Shown one piece after another: positions 9,711 through 18,160 of a stretch of DNA of 18,160 nucleotides (position 1 is its first letter; the number at the start of each line of letters is the position of its first letter). The translations under genes were made by a program, and so were the position numbers. This stretch comes from an uncultured Nitrososphaeraceae archaeon (lineage in GTDB: Archaea; Thermoproteota; Nitrososphaeria; Nitrososphaerales; Nitrososphaeraceae), in contig CAWGVG010000058.1 in assembly GCA_963825865.1 (NCBI GenBank), positions 1 through 18,160 on the forward strand, written 5' to 3'. Under the pieces are notes generated by a model. It worked only from the letters and a program-made list of their open reading frames with translations. It was not told where the DNA came from and searched no databases.

Positions 9711-10394
9711 TTATCTGCCGCTCTTTTCTATCATACGTGTAAAGACCCAAGTAGAAGTATTTAATATCTCATTAATTCGCTCGTTTTCTCTGTAATTGTT
9801 AATTATAATCCTTTTAATCAAACCGTTGTTATCTTCTTCGACTTGATAATTCAATGATTGTGATTCTGTGATTTGGCCTTGGCTTATTTTTTCTCTGTCC
9901 TTTGTTTTCATTCCTTCCAAAATTCTATTCAAAAAGAACGACTTGAACGGAGGAGTATTAACATTGAGATTAATTCCTTCGGCAGGAGAAATTTCAACGG
10001 AGTTCGATGATAATCCAGCATTGGCTAGTACCAAGTTGTCTTTAACACTTTTTAAAGGTCTGACATCTCTAAATTCCGGTCCGTCAGATTGTTGTTGATG
10101 GACAAATGGAACAGTTTCGGTCATATCGGTAGCATTAGTCACTCTCTGCTGTTGATTTAGAGGGGTTGAAATCTTTTGAGAATGATCGGTTTTCTGGGCT
10201 ATTGATGATGAAATAGTAGAAGAGGATCTAAAACTGGAAGCGGCTCTGAAGCTACTTTGTTTTAGTAGATTATCGATGATCGAAAGGATAGTGCGTAACC
10301 TTTCAACTTCTTCTTGTTTATCAGAAATCTGTTTGATGAGCCATTCACGTGTTTCTGCTGCACGCCTGACATCGTCTTCAGAATAGGTGAACAT
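9711..10394 (-). CDS. Hypothetical protein, probably co-transcribed with guaA
   Basis: Likely start MFTYSEDD at 10394. N-terminal coiled coil, Ser/Gln-rich linker, and a globular C-terminal domain (TPPFKSFFLNRIL..IIINNYRENERINEI..W). It ends 5 nt before the guaA ATG. Confidence 0.78.
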   Translation of the reverse strand: MFTYSEDDVRRAAETREWLIKQISDKQEEVERLRTILSIIDNLLKQSSFRAASSFRSSSTISSSIAQKTDHSQKISTPLNQQQRVTNATDMTETVPFVHQQQSDGPEFRDVRPLKSVKDNLVLANAGLSSNSVEISPAEGINLNVNTPPFKSFFLNRILEGMKTKDREKISQGQITESQSLNYQVEEDNNGLIKRIIINNYRENERINEILNTSTWVFTRMIEKSGR

Positions 10395-10513
10395 TTGTAA
10401 TGCATCTTTACATAAATGATATAATAGTTTTTCAGATTGAATGACAGTTATAAAGACCATAGTATATGAACATCTAGTTTATTTCCTACATGAAAAGAAA
10501 TAATTTAGTCTAT

Positions 10514-10531
10514 TATATATATATATATATA
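10514..10531. repeat. (TA)9 microsatellite
   Basis: tatatatatatatatata read directly, upstream of the hypothetical-guaA operon. Confidence 0.85.
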
Positions 10532-10796
10532 CAAATATATGTATTATAATACAGCAAATTTCTGAACAACGAAGCACTCTCCTGATATAGTTTGATGGGT
10601 TTCGATTTGCCTTAAAGCATTCATTTTTTGAACAAAGGTGGAGATTTAGGGTAGGCTAAGGAATCATCATTTAGATGGACTTACCGATCACAATTACCAT
10701 ATTCAGGATTAGCAAATTTTTTGGCGACCTAATTAATCTAAACTTTTAAAACACTCTTATTATAAATTCAGTTTCATAAAATTCTAAAGGAAATGT

Positions 10797-10862
10797 TAAT
10801 GCTATTTAGTGTAACAGAAACGGTATTACTAATAATTTATCAGAAACATATTGCCTCAGATA
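10797..10862 (+). repeat. 66-bp direct repeat, copy A
   Basis: 61/66 identical to 15040-15105 without gaps. Exact 35-bp core acagaaacggtattactaataatttatcagaaaca at 10814-10848. Confidence 0.92.
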
Positions 10863-11159
10863 AATGCGTATTCTTCTTTCTTGTTTTAAGGTTTTGTGTC
10901 TAAAAGAAGAATCCATATAGAAATAATCTAAATGGGATTGGTAATGAGTAGGGTTTTTAGTATATGATAATGAGAATCAAAATAATCAAATCAATGGACG
11001 AATTGTGGCCCAATCATATACAAGATTAGGAAACTTCGTTGGCATGTTATATAGCCGTGAATCAGATGATTCTCCGACGCACATTTTGAAATTTGTCTGA
11101 TTTAAGTGCACAGGGTAATGGATAGTGGAAATGTGGGGCCATGTAAGAGTATTGGTATT

Positions 11160-11448
11160 TGGCAGCTATTAAATTAACAGTAGGACTACCACCTATTTGT
11201 TTCCAAGAATAAGATAGTTTATCACCAGCATATACATCTCCACTCCCTATGCCATCTAAAACAACCAATTGTCCCTCATCAACTACATGGTCTAATCCTG
11301 CAGAGGCAGATGGAGCTCCTGATTCTGATGATGAGGGAGTAGACTGGCAGCTGCTGAAGAAATATTGGCAAATTCTGTAAAACTGGTGAATCGAGAAGAT
11401 GTTTTGACAAGTACAACAAGGATATATTTTATTGATTTAATTTGGCAT
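11160..11448 (-). pseudogene. Truncated secreted PKD/Ig-like (K319L/REJ-like) domain protein
   Basis: APSASAGLDHVVDEGQLVVLDGIGSGD..DKLSYSWKQIGGSPTVNL matches the AG.DQ.V.EG..V.LDGS.S.D...L.Y.W.Q PKD pattern. A degraded leader (KSIKYILVVLV..ANISSAAA) lies upstream. Similarity ends mid-domain. Confidence 0.65.
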
Positions 11449-11487
11449 AGTAATAAGAAAAATAGTAAATAGTAAAAAAGAGAGGAT

Positions 11488-12469
11488 TCAGCTTTGAGGT
11501 GATAGCACTATTGCTTCTTTTAACACAGTAGCCAATACCATTTTAGTAATTGAAACAACATAATCCATGTCTACAAAAGATACTTCGTCCGTAATACTAT
11601 GGTAATGAGTATTTTCATCTGTTGCTCCTCCATCATAGCCGCCTATTGTTACATATCCTAATGCTTCAAAAGGCATGTAATCGCTGTCATATATTGGGCC
11701 TAACATAACATCCAGATCAGTATAGTCTACCGCTATTTGTTCCATGATCTGAGCAAAAGTCTGTGAATCTTGATCATTGGTTGGTACTGCATTACCCATA
11801 TCTCTTTCTATGGTAACAATATGTTTTCCATTTGCTGGCGGAAAACCAACCATATCCAAATTAATAAGTCTATGAAGATTTACATTATTGTCTTTTAGGT
11901 GTTTGGAATAGTGTTTTGATCCCCAAAGGCCTTGCTCCTCACCTGAAAAAAATGCTAATTGAAGACTTTTCTCTAAGCTGAATTTGGAAATTAGACGAGC
12001 TATTTCTAAAATAACTGCTACTCCACTAGCATTATCATCGGCACCCGGAGCTCTAGACTCTGAATCTTCAAGATCTTCCATCCTTGAATCATAGTGTGCA
12101 CAAACAAGAATTACTTTATCTGATTATCCCGTCTTCTGACAAATAACATTTTTCAATTTATATTCACTTTCTGTATAGTTATGGAAAGTAACATTAACCT
12201 GACTAAATTTTTCAAGTTCCCCTTTTAACCAATTGGCTGACTCGTCAATAAACTTTGATTTGGTATGCCTCGTATGAAACGATGCCAGCTCGTTGATCGA
12301 TCTTTCTATATTATTTTTCGATACAAAAGATACAATAGATTCTATGGTTTTATCAATGGATAATGATTTTTGTACTTTTAAGACGCCTTTTATCTGATCG
12401 GATTAGTGCAATAGGATGACCTTTTCTTTTATCTGGCGGAGGATACCAATTATTGTTATTCTGTGTCAT
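11488..12469 (-). CDS. M28-family Zn aminopeptidase (indel at about 12400, in-frame TAA at 12124-12126; possibly a pseudogene)
   Basis: All five metal-ligand motifs are present: CAHYDS, APGADDNASG, FSGEEQGL, INLDM, HYHS, plus SDYMPF. The upstream frame reads ELASFHTRHT..KNVICQKTG*SDKVILVCAH. The N-terminus is MTQNNNNWYPPPDKRKG. Confidence 0.85.
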
Positions 12470-12564
12470 AATTTTTATATCTTATCTCCACTTGTATAGT
12501 TTTAAAGGTATCTACCTCTTGCAATATTAGAACACATAGCAATTATTTTCCTTAAACATCGCTA

Positions 12565-14136
12565 TTATCCAAGCTGATCAAAAGGTAAGCCCGCTCGTTT
12601 GTTCTTTCTGTTTTGATTAGGAAGAATTCCACGGCCTATAAATACATCGCGTATTACCTCTTCATTACGACCTTGATTCAAATTTTTATCCGTGGTAATT
12701 AGCGCTTTTGCTGCGTTTTCAAATGTGGCTGTCCTAGATAGTAGAAAGTGATGTGCAATTACAAGTGTGTCAGTAGTTTTACGACCAAGAGTGGCTCGTA
12801 TTTCCCACAAGCATGCTGACCATATCTCCCCATCGTCATGTGGCTCATGAGTCAAGTCTTTTGGATATTTCTTGTTGCTATCCAATCTTCTTAAGCATGG
12901 CGGCTCAGCTCCACTTTACCAAGTTGCATCCCAATTGCCAAGCGTAGGTCTCATTCCTAGTGGTTTGGTTTCAGCGAAGAAGCTTGCAGCATTGTAGTCG
13001 CCGAAGCCTTCACCCATTGCACTTCCTTCTTCATGTTGACCCCAACCAGGCACTTGATCATCTTGAATAGCATGACCATATTCATGAAGAATAATCTCAG
13101 CATCTTCAGCATCGTCAACTCCTCCTGTACCGAAAGTCAAAGACTTGGTCGCTGGACTGTAAAAAGAATTGTCATCAGTTATTCCATCGATATTTACTTC
13201 GATCGGATGATCGAGGACATTGTTAAAACCAAGTTCCTGAATATGCCGCTTGCACTCTGTCGATATGGAAATAGACCATTACTTCCTTAAATGCACGATC
13301 CTCTCTGTTAAAGAGAAATTGTAAGCTCGTTCTTTTAACCCTGTTTGGTGTTGCACGAGGTACTAACAAAAGGCCCATCAAGCATACCTGTATCCTGCAA
13401 GTCTCGGAGAATCACTTCGGAATAAGCAGCTGCAGGAATTTGGGAATTATCTTCTAAGCTCGTATTGTTCAGAGTTACTACAGGGCTAGGATCGAATATT
13501 TTTCCTTGCCCATCCTTGTATTTTAACTGGTTAGTCTTATCCAAGACTGAACCATTTATGGCATCCAAATAAATCCTCCATTCAGCTGAGCGGCTTACTA
13601 GTCTTAACGATAACCTTCCATGCTAAAGTGGGAGTACCATTATGAGGAAAATAAACCAGCTCGTTATGGAGCACTTCATTGGTACTGTCGCTAGCAGCTC
13701 TGCTGCCTTCAAGCGCTCGATTCTTGGCCTCATCTGCAGACAGTTCCTTTGGAGCAGAGCTGTTTCCTTAGTTCTCTCCTCTTTCTTCTTGGACTTCTCT
13801 ATGATTGTTTCTGGAAACTAGATCATTATTGATATTATATACTCTACCCTCTTTATCAATATCCACCCTCACCCATGCACCGGATATTGGCTTACCTTTG
13901 TGTTGTTGCTGATACAAAACATGACTACCAAGGATACTTTTCTTAACCTTGTCAAATTTCAACTGAGATAAATCCGTACTAATCTTGAGATCTGGAGCAA
14001 CCTTCTTTAGCATAGATTCTGCAATTAGTTGTGGATCTTCCTTACTTGAGTGTGATTCAATATCATATATTCGCCGTGGAACATTGTATTGAGGATGTTT
14101 CTCAACTTTTGCCTTTAAGCCTTTTATTTTAGCCAT
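12565..14136 (-). CDS. M36/M4 (fungalysin/thermolysin-like) Zn metalloendopeptidase with FTP and PepSY propeptide; about five indels and one in-frame stop (possibly a pseudogene)
   Basis: FTP domain HVLYQQQHKGKPISGA, PepSY LAWKV..WRIYLDAINGSVL, DNSFYSP, zinc motif HEYGH, third ligand in MGEGFGD, and EPHDDGEIW. Indels at about 13815, 13762, 13590, 13358 and 13250; TAA at 12916-12918. SD-like GAGGAG at 14144-14149. Confidence 0.85.
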
Positions 14137-14258
14137 ATTTGAACTCCTCGATACATTGCACAGTGAGTAGTAGCCGAGAATGATCTATGTAGTTTCTGAT
14201 CCTTACCAAGAGAGTTGTCTGCATACAACATTATGTCCATGCCTATCTATTTAAGAAA

Positions 14259-14411
14259 TAATGTCGTTCACCTTTTAGTTATCAACAAAGTTTGTTACAA
14301 ATAATACACAATCGTTACAATGCGTCAAACATTATCTCTGCCAACAGGATTCCTTAATTGGTATTAATTTTTCTGTGTCAACAATTTTTGAATTAATGTC
14401 ATTCACCTTTT
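14259..14411. promoter_or_regulatory. Pair of 18-bp direct repeats upstream of the protease operon
   Basis: taatgtcgttcacctttt (14259-14276) and taatgtcattcacctttt (14394-14411) are 17/18 identical. The proximal copy sits just upstream of minus-strand TTAAATA at 14248-14254. Confidence 0.5.
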
Positions 14412-14605
14412 TCTTTTTATACTTTCGTAATTGTAAAGTGATCCTTACACAAATACCATTTACATGAACACAGATGCTCCATCGGATGAGGTATTTTTAT
14501 ATAAGAACCTAACAAATATCAGCTTTCATTTGCAAACCCAATAAACTATACTTTCAAAGGGCAGCATGAGAATACTTAGGTATTATAGGAATTGTATAAC
14601 AATAA

Positions 14606-14829
14606 TTAGTTAATTGCCAAGTAGAATCGCTTTCGAGCCTCATACTCGTGATCTCTGCGAACATCCTGTTCTGCCCTTTCAACAACCAGCTTATTTTCCA
14701 AATGTTTCAGCCTTGAGTCATTCTTCCTAACAAAAATAGCAGTTACGGCAGCAGTAACCAATGATATAGGCTGATGTAATAATTGCTACAATAACATCAG
14801 TTTGGTCTTGCCATCCTGCTATGGTTCAT
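14606..14829 (-). pseudogene. Truncated membrane-anchored hypothetical protein
   Basis: Joined frames read IAGWQDQTDVIVAIITSA/ISLVTAAVTAIFVRKNDSRLKHLENKLVVERAEQDVRRDHEYEARKRFY, a TM helix plus coiled coil. A TTTATA box lies about 20-26 nt upstream of the ATG at 14829. Confidence 0.5.
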
Positions 14830-14893
14830 TAAATTTTACAGTTGCTAATATAAATTACCTTTTAATCTCAAACACTGTAAAATAATATGCGGT

Positions 14894-15205
14894 ATGGTCG
14901 CTTTCAATTAAATTCAAGATAGATCGTATTATACTCTACAGAAGACAATAATGAATTCCCACTACCATTTTATAGGACACGTCGCTGCTTCATCTTGGAA
15001 ATTCTGTTTTGAGAGAGGACCGGATTTCAAATGCATTAATAATGCTATGTTGTGTGACAGAAACGGTATTACTAATAATTTATCAGAAACAGGTTGCCTC
15101 AGATATTTGTGGTAAAAGAAGACGGCAGTATGGAAGAGTGGAAAACATGCTGCATTACGGGAACTTGAAAGAACTGGTGTCATACGTGTGTCACTTACTC
15201 ACACT
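14894..15205 (+). pseudogene. Remnant of an unknown Cys/His-containing protein gene
   Basis: A single frame reads MVAFN*IQDRSYYTLQKTIMNSHYHFIGHVAASSWKFCFERGPDFKCINNAMLCDRNGITNNLSETGCLRYLW*KKTAVWKSGKHAALRELERTGVIRV, with two in-frame stops. It contains repeat copy B. Confidence 0.35.
15040..15105 (+). repeat. 66-bp direct repeat, copy B
   Basis: 61/66 identical to 10797-10862. Exact core at 15057-15091. Confidence 0.92.
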
Positions 15206-15428
15206 AAGGAGCAATATGTATAAACTCATTTAGGATTTTATCATTAATTTCTAATTTCTCATTTGAACCTCTTATCGCTTGATATAATTCAGACTGCTTC
15301 CATAAGTTCTCAAATATAGCAACATAAGATAAAACACCTGCTTTACTATTTGAGTAAGTTGATAATCCTATAGCTTCAAAAGTTATTTTTGAATCATCTC
15401 TTATCTCCATTACCAATGTGGATCTTCT
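15204..15428 (-). pseudogene. Internal fragment of a Nitrososphaeraceae-type sensor histidine kinase
   Basis: LVMEIRDDSK.TFEAIGLSTYSNSKAGVLSYVAIFENLWKQSELY..NDKILNEFIHIA is the segment that normally leads into the H-box (IAAHELRTP). Here it stops just before the His. Confidence 0.75.
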
Positions 15429-15540
15429 TAACCATACCTTGGAACGTCATATTTTTTCCAGTATTATTAGTTGCAGTAATGAAAACTAGTGCATGTTCTT
15501 CCTTGCTAGAAGCAAAGGTCTAAGGAAACTTATAATAAAG

Positions 15541-15796
15541 TTAAAGTGGAGTCATGGTATCTATGAGTCTTGCATTCGTGATCAATCCATCCTTTTCCTG
15601 AATCGTAAGGTCGACTGCATATTGAAGGTTGTTTAACAAAAAGATTACCTGAGCATCCCAAGACTCTCTCTTCTGCTCATTTGGAAGTGAAAAGAGAGAT
15701 CTGAATTTTGAGGTCTTTGATATCAGTTCCATACAATGCTTCTATTGCTTTCCGAGCAGACTTTTCGATTTCACTTTGTGTTTTTACTGAATCCAT
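15541..15796 (-). CDS. Small hypothetical protein (about 84 aa; one +1 indel at about 15703)
   Basis: Joined sequence MDSVKTQSEIEKSARKAIEALYGTDIKDLKIRSLFSLPNEQKRESWDAQVIFLLNNLQYAVDLTIQEKDGLITNARLIDTMTPL*. A TTTTATAT box lies about 27 nt upstream of the ATG. Confidence 0.68.
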
Positions 15797-16011
15797 CGCT
15801 GGACGTATATACTTGCTTAGTAAATATAAAAAAGTATTGTTCAAGTAATCATTGTGTATACATTATAATCTTTTCTAAGAAGATTTTATTATAGAGATAG
15901 GATACATGACAAACGTAACTGCAATATTCCATTATATTTTTTGAAAATAAGAAGAATGAATGATCTTCTTTCTAAAATTATATGGATATACCATATACAT
16001 ACCAACCAGAT

Positions 16012-16061
16012 TTCATAACAAGTGTTTATAACTGGTAACCCATTCATAACGGGTTATGAAT
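16012..16061 (+). promoter_or_regulatory. Thermosome promoter: TATA box plus a 20-bp palindromic operator candidate
   Basis: TTTATAA at 16025-16031. ATTCATAAC-GG-GTTATGAAT at 16042-16061 overlaps the ATG. An extra half-site TTCATAAC lies at 16012-16019. Confidence 0.6.
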
Positions 16062-17761
16062 TCTTCTGAACAATTATTTGGTGAAGGTGTTAAGCGTAGC
16101 AATGGAGATCAGGCTCGTAGGTATAATTTACTTGCTGCTAGACTCATTGCAGATCTTATTAAAAACTCATTTGGTCCAAGAGGTATGGAAAAAATGTTTA
16201 TCGATATTTTAGGAGAGGTTACAGTGACAAAAGATGGTGCAACATTGTTACGTAAAATCGATGTTGAGCATCCTGCTGCAAAAGTATTGATAGAGGCTTC
16301 AAATGCAGTGGATAACGAAGTAGGAGATGGAACCACTTCAGTAGTTCTTCTGGCAGGAGCTCTTATCGAAAAAGCTGAAGAATTACTAAACATGGGTATT
16401 CGTCCTGTTACTATCTTAGATGGCTATCTATATGGTTTAGATAGTTCACTAGAAATTTTGCAGTCTATTAGCCAAGGGTTAAATAACACTGATCGAAAAG
16501 TTATGGAAAAGTTAGCTAAAGTGTGCCTGGGATCAAAATCAATTTCTTTAATGATAGGAGAAGAAAATACAATTGCAAAATTCATAGTCGATGCTGTTTA
16601 TACTATTGCAGATTTTGCTAATAACCAAGTTAATACTGATGATATCAAGATCGAAGAAAAGATCGGCAATACAATTGATACTATGTTAATTAAGGGAACG
16701 ATAATTGACAAAACGATTGATAATTCTGCAATGCCACGAATGGTTGAAAAAGCAAAAATCCTACTTATTAATGAGGATCTAGAACCAAAAAGGACAAAAA
16801 TAGATGCCGAGATTCGAATCACTTCACCCCACCAGATCCGCTCATTTCTTGATGAGCAATCAATGATAGTTAAACGAAAAATCCAGAATATAATCGATTC
16901 AGGAGCTAACATTGTAATTTCACGTAAAGGCATTAGCAACTTTGCGCAATATCACCTAGCAAAGTCAGATATTGCATCGATACGGAGAGTAAAGGAAACA
17001 GACCTGCAATGGATTGAAAAAGCCACTGATGCAAAATTAGTTGTAAATCTAGATAATATTTTCAAAGATCAGCTGGGCTACGCTGAGAGAGTATATGAAA
17101 AATCCGTTGGAGAAGACAAAATGGTTTTTATTGAAGGATGTAGAAATCCCAAATCTGTCACTGTTCTTCTAAGAGCAAACTCAAAAAAGTCTCTTGACGA
17201 ATACCACCGTTCAGTATTAGATGTTATTTCAGTTCTAAAGGATTTCATTATGAAACCATTCATAATTGGGGGAGGAGGTTCCACAGAGGCAATCATTGCA
17301 AATAAAATTAGATCTAAAGCTAATTTAATTGAAGGTAGAAAACAAATTGTAGTTCAAAAATTTGCCGAGGCACTTGAAGAGATCCCGCTGACTATTGCAC
17401 AAACGCAGGGATGAACACCATTGATACAATTACACAATTGAGGTCAAAATACTCTACTTATCCTAATGGCAAAAAAATCAATAGATGGTATGGAGTGGAC
17501 GCTATAGAAAGGAAGATATCTGAAATGTTTTCTTGTGATATTATTGAGCCAACTATAGTCAAAGAACAGATTCTTAAAACGGCTGTAGAAGTAACCAATC
17601 TGTTAGTTCGTGTAGACGACGTACTAATGGCTAAACCTGTCATGAATACACATACACATGAGGACGGTACAAAGCATTCCCATCAGGGAGGAGACAACAA
17701 ACACGACCATTACTTTGACAAATTGGGTAAGCAACAGCGACCTATGCACCATTACTATTAA
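16056..17761 (+). CDS. ths: Group II chaperonin (thermosome subunit paralog) with His-rich C-terminal tail; one missing A at about 17403
   Basis: GPRGMEKM, VTKDGAT, HPAAK, EVGDGTTS, NPKSVT, GGGGSTE, IIEP..VKEQ, LVRVDD. Adding one A in caaacgca restores IAQNAGMNTIDT and joins ORFs 16056-17414 and 17411-17761. Confidence 0.94.
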
Positions 17762-17786
17762 TTAATTAACATTGCTCGGATACAAA

Positions 17787-17794
17787 TTTTTTTT
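17787..17794 (+). terminator. Oligo-T archaeal terminator candidate
   Basis: T8 run about 25 nt after the thermosome stop codon. Confidence 0.4.
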
Positions 17795-18160
17795 GCTAAC
17801 ACACATATCCACATTGCGAGCCTCGTATTGTATTTTTTTGTCTGCCTTTGCAAAAAGCAACCTATTATGGTACTAATTTCAGTCGTACCCGCAATCCCCA
17901 CATCGAAAACTACGATATATGTATTGATGGTATCTTCTAAATTCTGAAAAGTATAGGAGGAATGGTCTATAACAAAGACCTTAAAACAGATATGCTCGTC
18001 ATTTTTTACCTTCTATTTTTTAATTTAGACTATCATTGGTTTATGTTGTCAGAGTGTAGTTTTTAATAGGCAAAGCATTCTCAAATGTAATATTCTTCAC
18101 TGGAAAGTCATCTATCATAGCATTAAAGGTGACATTTCTCAGAGTTTAGGGTCCTCCTAT

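Noticed and set aside
9706-9750. Extended guaA start at 9750
   Set aside because: It overlaps the upstream gene, and GuaA homology begins at MDTIVVLDFGSQY (9705).
10814-10848. Repeat core read as a dif/Xer site or a CRISPR repeat
   Set aside because: Dyad symmetry is weak and lacks the 11-6-11 layout. There are only two copies, 4.2 kb apart, with no spacers or cas genes.
14124-14240. 38-codon upstream ORF overlapping the protease start, considered as a leader peptide or hidden signal peptide
   Set aside because: It has no hydrophobic core or recognisable features, and it starts too close to the putative TATA box to be transcribed in full.
621-17643. Shadow ORFs (for example 621-887, 1415-1774, 2219-2605, 4366-4590, 6322-6717, 7279-7527, 7407-7643, 8706-9457, 13033-13290, 14962-15183, 15009-15233, 16109-17643)
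   Set aside because: They are antisense or out-of-frame to better-supported genes and have no family motifs.
3297-17761. Programmed frameshifting or true pseudogenes in nurA, the PfkB kinase, guaA and the thermosome
   Set aside because: There are no consistent slippery sites, and lesions are scattered and hit housekeeping genes whose motifs are otherwise intact. Sequencing error is the simpler explanation.
1-18160. tRNA, rRNA, CRISPR array, transposase or integrase genes
   Set aside because: None recognisable by eye. tRNAscan-SE, Infernal and ISEScan would be needed to exclude them formally.

Overview
AT-rich archaeal DNA, most consistent with a soil ammonia-oxidising archaeon (Nitrososphaeraceae). 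The grounds are a single-chain GuaA ending KPPATIEPQ, an AOA-type P-II, an AOA-type sensor-kinase remnant, a group II chaperonin and TATA boxes about 25-28 nt before start codons. Many single-base indels split real genes, including guaA, so they are probably long-read or assembly errors; I rebuilt the genes by eye across frames. Left part: a membrane-anchored PepSY-like protein, P-II, and a translationally coupled nurA-herA operon with no mre11/rad50 beside it. The operon is divergent from a winged-helix gene, which converges on a second, similarly built winged-helix gene. Then come a PfkB kinase, a small hidden ORF, and a hypothetical-guaA operon. Middle (about 10.5-15.5 kb): a plasticity zone where a 66-bp direct repeat brackets an M36/M4 metalloprotease and M28 aminopeptidase operon, both lacking signal peptides, plus several gene remnants. 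Right: a small hypothetical gene and a thermosome paralog with a His-rich tail and a 20-bp palindrome over its start. The best candidate for an undescribed system is the nurA-herA / wHTH module, whose shared divergent promoter carries repeated TGTTG-N2-CAACA palindromes around the TATA box.
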